A DNA stretch of 55,246 nucleotides, filler included, from Bipalium vagum (lineage: Eukaryota): NCBI GenBank assembly GCA_037834085.1. It is 3 parts of 3 records of this genome, joined end to end, with 100 filler letters (N's around TTAATTAATTAA, not from the genome) between each part and the next. Parts side by side here need not be neighbours in the genome. Positions count along the whole stretch, not along the records: positions 1 to 16,269 come from JBBMKC010119622.1; positions 16,370 to 38,231 come from JBBMKC010230851.1; 1 more part is not named here. One strand, written 5' to 3'. A program made the translations under genes and the position numbers. Positions 14,023 to 24,663 of this stretch are shown one piece after another (position 1 is the stretch's first letter; each line of letters starts with the position of its first letter). Below the pieces are notes generated by a model. The model was not told where the DNA came from, did no database searches, and saw only the letters and a list, made by a program, of their open reading frames with translations.

Positions 14023-15676
14023 GTAAGATTTCATAGATTATTAATTTTTCAAAATTACCAATTTTATTTTTAAAAAATGATTCATTGATTCATTAAAAAT
14101 TCTCAAATTTAAAAAAAAATTATTCCAAAATAATTTAATTAATTTAGTAGTGGGGCACTTGATCTTATTTTTTCATAAAACAGAAAATTATTATCACGGA
14201 AAATTAGTTTGAAAAATATTATCATTTAAAAATTATAAACGGTCTGCTGAAAAGTGAAACTGTAACTATAAATGCACTTGTTCTTTTGACATAGTCTGAG
14301 TTTTAGGTATGTCTCAATTTAAGGAGTCACATTAAAAGTGGGGTAATTGATAATTAGAGGCAGAAATATTATTAGAAATTTTTTTAGAAAAACTTTTGTT
14401 AAATTACAGAAATAGTTTTACTTGATTCTTGCGAACAGGAAATTTGAGATTTGTCATTTTGTGGTGGATAATCTTTCATCGGAAAACTAATATAAAAGAA
14501 AATGACTCTACAAACTATCAATATCATCACATAATCTTATCCACAATTTCTTTCGGTTGACGCCCGCTGTGGCCTCAAGAGTCTACAGATCATTGTTCCG
14601 TCTACATTTATATCTGAAAGTAAATTATTGTTTTATAAGATTTAAGTCTGAACATTGACATCACATTTGAATACTTTTCAATCCCTATATTCCTGAGAAA
14701 TGGTAATGTTAGTGACTCTTTAAATCGGTTTTGGTTTAGTAATGATCTTTGAAATCCCAATATTGATTGTAGAAACACTTTTTCAGTATCAATGCTCTTA
14801 CATCAAATAATAGAATTGTTTATTGATAATTTTATTAATCAATGTAAGAAAGTAAAAACAGAGATCGATCAAAAATTGTGTAAAAATATAAAATAGTTAT
14901 ATTGAATATCATTTATGATCTGTGAGAGTAATTGGTTTGGTCATTAATTTTCAGGAATGTCATCCTTTTTAAATGTTATTTTCCTATCCAAATATCGAAT
15001 TTGTGACCGAATTATAGCATACCGGAGTGTTATTTTATAATCTAAATTCTTACCACATATTGGAAAAATAATTTATTTATCTAATAAAATTAATAATCAA
15101 TCATTTTTTGATTGTTTTAATTTTTTTTGTTAAGTGGGTGGGAATAAAAATACTTAGTGCCAAATAAAAGATATTTTAAAATTGTTTCTTAAGGCATTTG
15201 GAGGCAGTATCTATTTGTTTAAGGAAAGAAACAAGCCAATCAGTTTTTCTTCACTATGGCCAATCAATTTCTAAATATTTACACATTATCATTTAGAGAT
15301 ACCATAGGCAATTAAAATGGTAATCAAAAATAATGAGATATTCCAAGAAAAAAATTAATTATTATGATATGTCATAAAACTGAAATGGTCTTGTAGGTTG
15401 TCAGTGATTTGAGTCCTAAGTTTCAGAATTAATTTACAACGTGTGAAGATTATTAACACAGATCACCACAATTTCCAAATTATATTAATTTAATCTCTGA
15501 CGAATGTGATTTCCTCGTACTTCTTGTGTATGGAAAAGGAATATTTTGAAAGAAGAAATTACTTTTTGATGACTAAAAAATAATCAATTAGTAATGATAT
15601 TTGATTTCCCTGCAATACCTTAACAATATTTCGTCAATATTTTCTAAAAGCTTAGTAATTATTATAATTTCGACAG

Positions 15677-15722
15677 AGATTGTCTACTGGCCATTCAACA
15701 CCGACTTGTTTCCTTCAATGTT
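15677..15722 (+). CDS. Candidate small further exon of the 3543 gene (..IDCLLAIQHRLVSFNV)
   Basis: Acceptor CGACAG| is phase-compatible with the 14022 donor. Possible donor GTTTGT. The 3' end of the gene is unresolved before the gap. Confidence 0.25.
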
Positions 15723-16197
15723 GTTTGTTTCGACCTTATGTTTATTTAAATTTATTTATATCGATTTTAGTTCAAATTGAATATAAGGTGAAAATAAACT
15801 ACATTCGTTGTGCAAGCGATTTTCATGTTTTTATTTTTATATTAAATACTTATAAAATCGATGATTTAGAATTTTAGAGATTGAATCCTTACAATCTGAA
15901 ATCATTTTTATTTGCTTTTTAAATACTGACGTCTCAAATAAACATTTTAAACCAAACGAAGTTATAGAGATTTTGTTACATTCAGATAGCAATCTTACAA
16001 ACCACTTCATTTAATGTTTTTGAAAGTTATGACAACCGGATATTTTTAATAATTTTACTGACCGTTTTACTTTCTTTAATCTACTTCCATCAAGTTATTC
16101 TGTTATTAATCGCCAGTTTGTAGAACTAATGATCAATCACCTAAAATTAGTAAACGAAAACTCATTTTAAAGTAATTAAATCATGAAATAATAATGA

Positions 16198-16259
<62 letters not shown>

Positions 16260-16269
16260 ATAATAATAA
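16198..16269. repeat. (TAC)n then (TAA)n microsatellite at a contig end
   Basis: Read directly from the sequence. Confidence 0.95.
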
Positions 16270-16369
16270 NNNNNNNNNNNNNNNNNNNNNNNNNNNNNNN
16301 NNNNNNNNNNNNNTTAATTAATTAANNNNNNNNNNNNNNNNNNNNNNNNNNNNNNNNNNNNNNNNNNNN
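16270..16369. other. Assembly gap spacer N44-TTAATTAATTAA-N44
   Basis: Exactly 100 nt, identical in design to 38232-38331. The 12-mer has stop codons in all six frames. Confidence 0.97.
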
Positions 16370-16716
16370 CAAACCAATGCACACACCCAGACCGTTGAAA
16401 ACATGTGGATGAGGTTCAAAAAGAAGGTTAAGAAGTCACATGGCCTTTGTGGAGAGAAAAATTTGGTGAACGCTCTCAAATATTTTACAATTTTTGGAGC
16501 CACGTAATAGAATTTTACCCCATGTGAATATGAAATATGTAAATTTTGTGTTAAATAAACATTAAAAATTTCTTACATTTAATTATATATATATATATTA
16601 AAAAATAATCATATATAAAATAATAAGATTTAAAAAAATGATTTATTACTATTAGAAATAAGTAGTAAATTAAAATTAAAAAAATTTTATTTTTTTACGT
16701 TAAGTACAACAGTACC
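16370..16716 (+). mobile_element. 3' end of a Merlin (IS1595/IS1016-related) DNA transposon
   Basis: QTNAHTQTVENMWMRFKKKVKKSHGL then, after a frameshift or deletion, LWREKFGERSQIFYNFWSHVIEFYPM*. Candidate TIR CGTTAAGTACAACAGTACC (reverse complement GGTACTGTTGTACTTAACG) ends at 16716. Confidence 0.75.
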
Positions 16717-16800
16717 AAATATTGACCATTATTCCACCTTCATAAAATCCTTTATCTTTTCCAGCAAAGAAATCGTCCAGACATTTTTTGCTCATAACAC
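16717..16800 (-). mobile_element. Mariner transposase C-terminal relic abutting the Merlin end
   Basis: Minus strand reads KCLDDFFAGKDKGFYEGGIM and NGQY, like mariner FFASK..FYExGI..NGxY. Confidence 0.6.
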
Positions 16801-16993
16801 GGAAAGAACTCTTTTGCTTACCGAATACTCTTAATTTTTAAAAAATTATATACTCTCAGTACTGGTGGAAACCTTGCTCACTTACTAATTACTACTACTA
16901 CTATTAATTATTATTATTATTATTATTATAACGCTAAAATCTAATTAAAACTATAAAAAGCTCTATAAATAAAAGTCAGCAAAGGGATCTATT

Positions 16994-19900
16994 TTAATCT
17001 TTAATAAAAATCTTTTTGACTTGTCTCCACCATTTCGGTGACATGAGAGAGCCGACCAATTTCGTGTTGTCGTTAAACTTAACCCTGACAATGTCCATAT
17101 GGACCATGTCGTAAACCCTATTGATTTTCTTCCAGGCCAGAAAGGTGGACCCTGTCATGATGTAATTGGTTTTGTATCGCTTTCCAAAATTGCACGAGTC
17201 ACCTACCTCACATTTATTGAGACAGATCAAGTGGTGGCACTGTTGCATACTGCGGCTATAGCAATACTCCCAGCTTGCTCTGCCGACCTCAAATGCCAAC
17301 TTCTGGTACTTCTGGGACAGAGTAGCAAGATCTATCATTTTTTCGGCAAAATTGGGAGTGATCAATCTAAACGTTTCATCCTTTTCACAGATAACTAGGC
17401 CCAGAATCGTTATGTTTTTTTCCTTAATTATTAAAAAAAAATTCTCATCTGGATTCTTCAAGTACATTTTCTCAGCCTCTTCCCAGCTGACCCCTGGGAA
17501 GATGTTGGTTACCTTATGAATTTTTATGTAATCTACCGGATTGATATGTATGATTTCCGGTTCGTCTCGGAATATGTTATCATTGTCACTTGTCAAATCT
17601 CTGATGCCATGGTCGAACTGGTTATACCTTTTGGCATTATTTATCTCGACCTCCATGAGATCCAAAAAGTACTGGAACAGAGCATTCTGAATATTGATTT
17701 CAATACCAAGCAGTCTGTTCAAGAACTTGGTCACACTCAGATCTCTGTGGTCTTCCATCCCGACACTTTTCAAAGCCTTCAAGCTGGCCCTTCTGAAATT
17801 TTCGCTATCGTTGTCGAAATTTTTCATGTGGGTTTCCGGATATGGAGGCAAAGGCTTTTTGATATTGTTAATGTTGTCTACCAACTTTTTCAATGCCCTT
17901 GCTCCGAATTTTGTGTCAAAGTTAAATTGGCTCAAGTCTTGGGTTTCGCCACAGCGACGATCTCCGTGGGTCAAAGCACCTAGAGATTCAAGTCTTTTGG
18001 CAACGGTTGCCGCAAATCTTCTTTCTCCAGCAAGGTCTGATATAAGAAAGAGATAGTGTGGTTGGTTGACTTGGTTTGATCTGTGAGTTCGACCAAATTG
18101 TTGTATAGCTTTGTCCGCAGACCACGGCAGTTCGAGGGTTATGTGGAAACGTTCCGACTGATTAGTAAACTTTTTGTCAGAGTGCAAGGAAATCCCAGTA
18201 CTGGCTGCGTCTGATATAATGGCGACTATCTTTTGTCCATTGTTAAATCTGTCCTTTTCCAATAAATTGATCAGGTCCAAGTCGATATCACCTTCTCTTC
18301 TCGGTTGGTAGACAATTTTACCATCAACCTCAACCATTCTTCCTTTCCTTCCGGTCAGTTCAGCAACAAAGTCTGGCCCCCCAAATTCTTGAATCAGCTG
18401 ATCGAGAACATTGGGCGGAAACATGTCGCTCATTTCCTCAACCCTCTGAAGCAAGTTGTTTAGGTCAATGTTATCTTCAGAAAAGATGTTTTGGTCATCT
18501 TCAACATTCGACTGGTAGGAATCAGGGTATTCAAACTCCTTGACAGCGTCCTCCATATCGGAGTCGCTGCACTCAGAGCTGCTAAATTCGGAATCCTCAT
18601 CGTTTGGATTCTTGCCCATTGCTTTGTAATTCTTTTCTTCATTGACAGTCTTATTATCTTCGTTTTTTTTCCAAAAGCTAATGCTTTTCAACAACCTTTT
18701 TTCTTGAAGTCTCCTTAAGTTCTTCATGCTCGGAAATTGGGTCTTTATCATATTTTTGAGGATGGTCTTTGCATTGGACACATAGTCGGACAGTTCTCCA
18801 CAGTTCTCTTCCAGAACATTGTTGAGACTGGATTCTCCAGTCGACTGAAGACCGATTACAATACATTTTCCCTCCTCGATCTTTTCCATGGCAATCTGAA
18901 CACAGTCTTCTATCTTTGATGATATACAGAGGCATCTGAAAAACCTTTGGTGAGCTGCCCAAAATTGAGCCTGAAACATGCTTTCTTCTTTTTGAAAGTG
19001 TATTTTATTTCTTCTATATGCCCTCTGGAACACCTGGAAGATATGATTCCACAATTCCACACACTTATTGTATACATCTTCAAACTTGTGGCCATTAATC
19101 TTCAGATTTTCGTACTTGGTTTCTTTGATTTCAAATTTGATATTTTCAAAGCTCAATTGTCGAGCTAGATACATTCCTTTTTCCTTCATTTCCATGGCTA
19201 TCAGTTCCATGGCTCCCACCCCGTGTTTAGTCAAGGTACTCTCGAAATCTTCAAACTTAGTAAATGGCTTGCCAGGACCCCACAAGCCTAAGCGAACCAT
19301 ATAGACCATATGTTTAGGTTCTGAAGCACCGGTAGCACTAGCATAAACCACTCGGGATTCTTGGAGGATGTCCTGCAACCTTTTAACAAGAGTTCCGGTT
19401 TTCGTTTGCCTTCCATGATACACATTCTTGGCTTTATGACATTCATCGAAAACAATGACCCCGTCATAATTTCTACCAAACCATTGTATAATTTGATCAA
19501 AACGCGATTTGAAATATTTTGTCATGGGCCTTTTACAATTGCTAATTAACGAGGAATATGTTAGAAATAAAACCCCATCATTAAACCTTCCATTTGCTTT
19601 GGAATCGACCTTCAAGTATGACATCTTTTTCAATGATCGAATTTTTATTTCATGACCGATTTCTCTTCCAATATCTTTCAGATCTCTTTTGGCATCCTCT
19701 TTCAAATCCTTAGAAACCGATATCCACAAGGCTTTCTTTCTACCCCTCAAATAATTTTCATAAATTATACCGGCAACCGTTCGACCTTTACCAATTCCAG
19801 CTCCATCTCCAATAAGAAATCCCGCTCTTCGACCATCATTCAAATGCTCCTCGTGTTTCTGACAAGCATAAACCACTGCTTCAAGCTGAACCTTCGACAG

Positions 19901-20686
19901 AATACCCTTATTAATTACAATCCTTGGTATTTTTAGCTGATAATTGATTGCTGGACCTTGAACTGTGGATAAGGACTTTGATTCCACCACTTCATTGGGA
20001 TGGTCGCTTCCTATTTTCAATCTTGCCGACTCGTAATTAGAATACGCCTCACTGTACGTCAGTTGTCCGAATTCTGAGTTTTTTAAGCCCAAATCGTAGG
20101 CCACACCAGAATTGGGTTTATTAATCTGAGTAAGATTCGTACAAACCCTTGGAATGATGTCTTTACTGAGTTCAGTGTTCATTCTTTTGATTTCCGGCAA
20201 TTGATCGTTTACCGACATAGGATGATGGCGTTTTCTTTCCTGGACCTCTGTATTACGAACCGGGACAATTTTGATGATGTTATTTATTGGTTTACGGTCT
20301 TTTGAGTTGATTATTATAGGGGATCTTAGCTCAGTTTTAATCGAACTAATCATGGGACTTGAACTTACTATTGGAAACCTTTTATGTTCCTGTAATTGAT
20401 CTTTGGCGGTGGCCAGAAGGCTTGGTTTTTTCTCTTTGGTGTCTCTATTACTTACAAGGACTTTGGAGTTGTTCCTTTCTGGTCTAATTATTATAGAACC
20501 CTTTGGAATAGTCTTAATCGACCTGGCATACAGCACTGGAATTTTAAGGACATTCTGCACATTACTCGGATTAACATACTTCGTCTCTGTGCTGATTCTT
20601 TGCTCTTCTTCTTGAAGATCTGATTTCACTGAGAACTCCGTGTTCTCATTTGGTTTAAGTGTCAAATACTCGTAGAAAAAATCCAT
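16994..20686 (-). CDS. sbno: Strawberry notch family protein (SF2-like ATPase domain plus helicase C-terminal domain), intronless, 1230 aa
   Basis: Uninterrupted ORF with LKIGSDHPNEVVES, QLEAVVYACQKHE, GFLIGDGAGIGKGRT, DECHKAKN, YASATGASEP, GLQSTGE, VAELTGRKGR, HITLELPWSADKAIQQFGRTHRSNQ, RLESLGALTHGDRR, FLNRLLG and the C-terminal CHH..C...C..G motif. Confidence 0.96.
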   Translation of the reverse strand: MDFFYEYLTLKPNENTEFSVKSDLQEEEQRISTETKYVNPSNVQNVLKIPVLYARSIKTIPKGSIIIRPERNNSKVLVSNRDTKEKKPSLLATAKDQLQEHKRFPIVSSSPMISSIKTELRSPIIINSKDRKPINNIIKIVPVRNTEVQERKRHHPMSVNDQLPEIKRMNTELSKDIIPRVCTNLTQINKPNSGVAYDLGLKNSEFGQLTYSEAYSNYESARLKIGSDHPNEVVESKSLSTVQGPAINYQLKIPRIVINKGILSKVQLEAVVYACQKHEEHLNDGRRAGFLIGDGAGIGKGRTVAGIIYENYLRGRKKALWISVSKDLKEDAKRDLKDIGREIGHEIKIRSLKKMSYLKVDSKANGRFNDGVLFLTYSSLISNCKRPMTKYFKSRFDQIIQWFGRNYDGVIVFDECHKAKNVYHGRQTKTGTLVKRLQDILQESRVVYASATGASEPKHMVYMVRLGLWGPGKPFTKFEDFESTLTKHGVGAMELIAMEMKEKGMYLARQLSFENIKFEIKETKYENLKINGHKFEDVYNKCVELWNHIFQVFQRAYRRNKIHFQKEESMFQAQFWAAHQRFFRCLCISSKIEDCVQIAMEKIEEGKCIVIGLQSTGESSLNNVLEENCGELSDYVSNAKTILKNMIKTQFPSMKNLRRLQEKRLLKSISFWKKNEDNKTVNEEKNYKAMGKNPNDEDSEFSSSECSDSDMEDAVKEFEYPDSYQSNVEDDQNIFSEDNIDLNNLLQRVEEMSDMFPPNVLDQLIQEFGGPDFVAELTGRKGRMVEVDGKIVYQPRREGDIDLDLINLLEKDRFNNGQKIVAIISDAASTGISLHSDKKFTNQSERFHITLELPWSADKAIQQFGRTHRSNQVNQPHYLFLISDLAGERRFAATVAKRLESLGALTHGDRRCGETQDLSQFNFDTKFGARALKKLVDNINNIKKPLPPYPETHMKNFDNDSENFRRASLKALKSVGMEDHRDLSVTKFLNRLLGIEINIQNALFQYFLDLMEVEINNAKRYNQFDHGIRDLTSDNDNIFRDEPEIIHINPVDYIKIHKVTNIFPGVSWEEAEKMYLKNPDENFFLIIKEKNITILGLVICEKDETFRLITPNFAEKMIDLATLSQKYQKLAFEVGRASWEYCYSRSMQQCHHLICLNKCEVGDSCNFGKRYKTNYIMTGSTFLAWKKINRVYDMVHMDIVRVKFNDNTKLVGSLMSPKWWRQVKKIFIKD

Positions 20687-21863
20687 TGTTAATGTTTTTT
20701 CTCTTGATTGCTATTGGATGATATTTAAAAAATATTATTGCTAATTATAATAGTATTAGAGGAAAAGATCCTTTCAACTACGCACATAAATTAACAAATT
20801 ATTTAAATTTATTAACGAAAATTTATTTCCGTTTCTCAGAAATTAATTAAAAAATTTATTTCCGTTTAATTAAAAAATTAATTTTAATTTTAAAAAATTC
20901 AAATTTTTAATAATTTATAAAACATGATGGTCGCAGCTGACCGGTTTTCTCACAAATTTCTTCATTTTGTTTTTTCAAAAATTTTCTCAATGTCTTTTGG
21001 TCTGAATTTCGTTCTAAATGGATCTAGTGCTCTAGGTTCATTAAAACAAGACCAACCAGGCTATTCATTACTTATTTTTCTCGTTTTGCAAAATTTTGAT
21101 CAAATTTTTTTTAATAAATTCCGTTTTTTAATTTTTTATTATTAATTTCCTTAAAAACCCTTTCCCAGCGATTTTTTTCAACTTTCTCAATTTTCACTTC
21201 AAAATCTTTACAATTGATTATGATAAATATTTATCAAACATCGTCGAAAATCTTTATAATTTTATAGTAAACGCAAGAATTCACATAATACATAAATTCT
21301 ATATTATAAATATAAACAGTGTAATATGAATAATTATTAAAATAATAAAGATAGTTGATGAGGAGCAACCCAACAGTGACAATTGATTATTTCAATAAGG
21401 ATAAGAAGCTCCAAGCTTTAACGTCCTTTTTGCAATAGCTGCACTAAATAAAAGAACGATTATATAAATACAAGCATTAATAATAATATTTTCCTTTTTT
21501 AAGATAGTCAAAATATGATTTTAAAAAATTCTAATGTTAAAAATTAACCAATAAAAATAATGACAATTATGTATAATAAAAAATTTTCTTAAATGAATTT
21601 ACTGTTGGTTCAATTCTTAAAATATAGCTGTAGTTACTTTCTAAATATTGATATATTCTTCTGAACTGAAGATATATTCATTTGTACATTATATCGTAAT
21701 TTCGAATTAAGATAATATACTGCCCGTCCATATTTTTTGCACAGGAAGAATATTTTATAAATTTGACAACTATGTTTCTGGAATGAAATCTAACTACGTG
21801 CGATATAGGACTATGCAGTTGTTATCAGGTTTTTTATGCATATAGCCAAATTTTTCTGATATA

Positions 21864-22595
21864 CACTCCCGTGCAAAAGTATAGGGATACTTAATATTAT
21901 AATGATAAATTAACAAATTCTAATTACAACTTTCTGGTAAGTAAAAAATAAGGTATGGCAATAATAAATTATAGAGACCTTCAACATTTATTTAATTAAA
22001 AGAATTAGAATTTTTAAGAATTTCAGATAAAACCAACAATATCTCTCTTCATCAAAAATGGGCCTTTGCTTTCAATATGACTTTAACGATTCTGAGTATT
22101 CTCTATAAGATTTTGAAATTTAGATGATTCTAAATTATTCCATTCATATATTCCAATATTCTCCAGAGGTGTTCCTGAGAAGAAGAGCATTTTTTCTGAC
22201 CAGACGATCCAACTCATCCGAGAGTAACTTTATTGGATTCAAATCCAGAGACTGTGGCGACCAATCATTATTTGCAGAGTTCCATCTATTTGGTTTTGCT
22301 TTAGACATAGTTTAGCAGTATGTTTTGGATCATTATCTTGTTGCATAGCAAATCCATGTCCAATAAGTAGCTTTCTTGCAGGAACTGCCTTGTGAATCAG
22401 TATGTTATGATATTGCTTATGTTCCAGAATACGTTTGACCCTGTAAAGATGACAGACTTCTTGGAATGAAAATCCACCCAAAACTATTACTGAAAATCCT
22501 CCATGTTTAACAGTTAGAGTTATGCAGTTCAACATCATTTTTTCGTGTTTTGAACGTCTAACATACATCCGTCTGTCACTGCCGAATACTTCACA
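21864..22595 (-). mobile_element. Nested Tc1 (DD34E) fragment: one TIR plus catalytic domain
   Basis: TA|CACTCCCGTGCAAAAGTATAGG terminus. Peptides EVFGSDRRMYVRR, TVKHGG, QQDNDPKHTAK and WSPQSLDLNPI. Confidence 0.85.
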
Positions 22596-23804
22596 CTAAA
22601 GAAGTTAAAAATAAAAATATAGCAAATTAAAAAAGGCAAAATTTTTCGCAAACCTTTTATTTATTAAGAAACAATTTAAAACTTCGCAAATTAATTTTAA
22701 ACTTAGTGATTCATATAAATCAATTATGTTTTGTCCTTTTTCATTTTTTATTATATGGATAGTGTTTGCAATGCTTAAGAGCAAATCCTTCAGATTGTTA
22801 AATTGCAATGCATTACATACCATTATATTATTTATTATATTATATAGTCTGATATTATTTTCCATAGATCATCTACTATTTTCAGATCTGGACTTCTTAA
22901 TGATCACTGGATAGTTTTAATATTTAAAGATTTCAGATACTCTTGAACTAATCGTGAGGTACGACTTTACAAGTATTTTGTTGAAGTTCATCCTTATAAT
23001 TGGTACGATGTATGTCTACAACATGTGTACAAAATCCTTATATGAGAACTTACCAACTTACGAAAAGGAATGATATAAAACCATTTGGAAAAATTATTAA
23101 CCACAGCATTACACCATCTTGTCATGACATTGCCGTTTCTGATGGATATATTTCAAATTTCTTTGCATATATGTCATTCAGTTGTCTGGCCCATCTAAAG
23201 TAAATCTTTTTTCATCCGTAAATATGGTGTTTTCCCAAGGGTGATTACTTGAAATCCAACTGGTTAAAATATTTAATCTAAGTTGTTTATGCTTCTTTGA
23301 TAGAACTATTTGGTTTTTTGATTTCTTCTATTTTTAAAGAAAATTTTAACAAGTGACTATGTACTGTTCTTGGTGAAACGTTGACATTAATTCTCATCAA
23401 TTTTGTTGAATTTAAAATTTCATGTTGATCATTTAAGCTGGATATTTCACGTTATATGGATAAAGTAACACTCTTTGTAATTTTATTTTTGCGGCCACTT
23501 TTCTTTGTATTCTATTTCAAGATATACATAACGAAATAGCAGACAGAAAATTGCTAGATTGCTAAAATACTTTCAATTTGACTGTAAATTTTAATTTCTT
23601 TACTTAATCGATGTGCAGTCAGTCTGACATCTTTTGATTCATATTTTATTACTGTATGTAAAAATTATATTATAAAGTAGGGCAACTAGAAAATTGACCA
23701 AAAACATTTAAAAATTGACCTATAAAATTATTATTATTAATATTTGAAGAAGAGTAAAGATCGACAGTTATAATCTTTTAGAAGAAATTAAAATCACAAT
23801 ATTA

Positions 23805-24663
23805 CTGTAAAATCCCGAGTATAAGCTGCAGCGCGTATTAGCTGCAGATGACATTTTATAAAAATGTATTTATTAGTCGTATAAACTGCCGCACCTATTA
23901 GCTGCATCATTTACGTTGAAAACACATGATCATTAAAAACAAATTTCAACGTGACAATAACCATTTTTGCTTTTATCGTTTCTATTGTTTACATTGTTTA
24001 TTGCACTGTTTTGAATCATTGATTAAAATGGATAACGATTCTGAACAAAAACAAAAGAAACAACGAAGATCTTTTAGTTCAGCAAAGAAAAAAGAAATCA
24101 TTGAATTAGCTTGTCAGTTAGGAAACATACGGTAGGTTGCAAGACGATATGATATTAATGAACCTGTTATTCGACGATGAATCGCTCAAGAGTCCGTTAT
24201 CAAAGCAATGAATCCAAATCGAAAATCTTTGCGTGGTGGTAACGTTAGATGTCCAGAATTGGAAAGGAAATTACACAAATGGATCCTAATTCAACATGAA
24301 CGAGAACTTCAAGTGTCAGTTGTCCGAATTCGTTTACAGGCACAAGTAATTGCCAAAGAGATGAAGATTGAAGGATTTGTCGCGAGCTCTCAAGGGACTG
24401 ATAATTTCATGAAACGCAAGAATATTTGTGTTTGACGAAATAAAATGAATGTGAACGAGTCTGATCCAAACATTGTAGAATTACTGGAAAATTTCACTTT
24501 TATTGACAATGAAAAGTGTGATGTTTTTGAGGACTGTGATGTTGAAAATTGAAATAAATAATCTTATCTTCGATTTGAATTGTTTCTTAGTTGTATTAGC
24601 TGCAATTCAAAAATGTTGCCTTTATGTACGTACTAGCTGCAGCTTATACTCGGGATTTTACAG
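23805..24663 (+). mobile_element. Nested non-autonomous pogo-family (POGK/Passer-like) element, 859 bp
   Basis: Perfect 28-bp TIR CTGTAAAATCCCGAGTATAAGCTGCAGC with TA TSDs. Brinker-like plus CENP-B HTH coding relic (RRSFSSAKKKEII...PELERKLHKWI...FVAS..NFMKRKNI) with stops; DDE domain deleted. Confidence 0.92.

Noticed and set aside
14380-14900. Minus-strand INVDG motif suggesting a CMC-type transposase
   Set aside because: A single short motif with no supporting context.
16314-16325. TTAATTAATTAA as a biological palindrome or piggyBac target
   Set aside because: Embedded symmetrically in Ns twice; it is an artificial linker.
17099-20623. Many antisense and alternate-frame ORFs overlapping SBNO
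   Set aside because: Expected shadows of a long, relatively GC-rich CDS; none has recognisable motifs.
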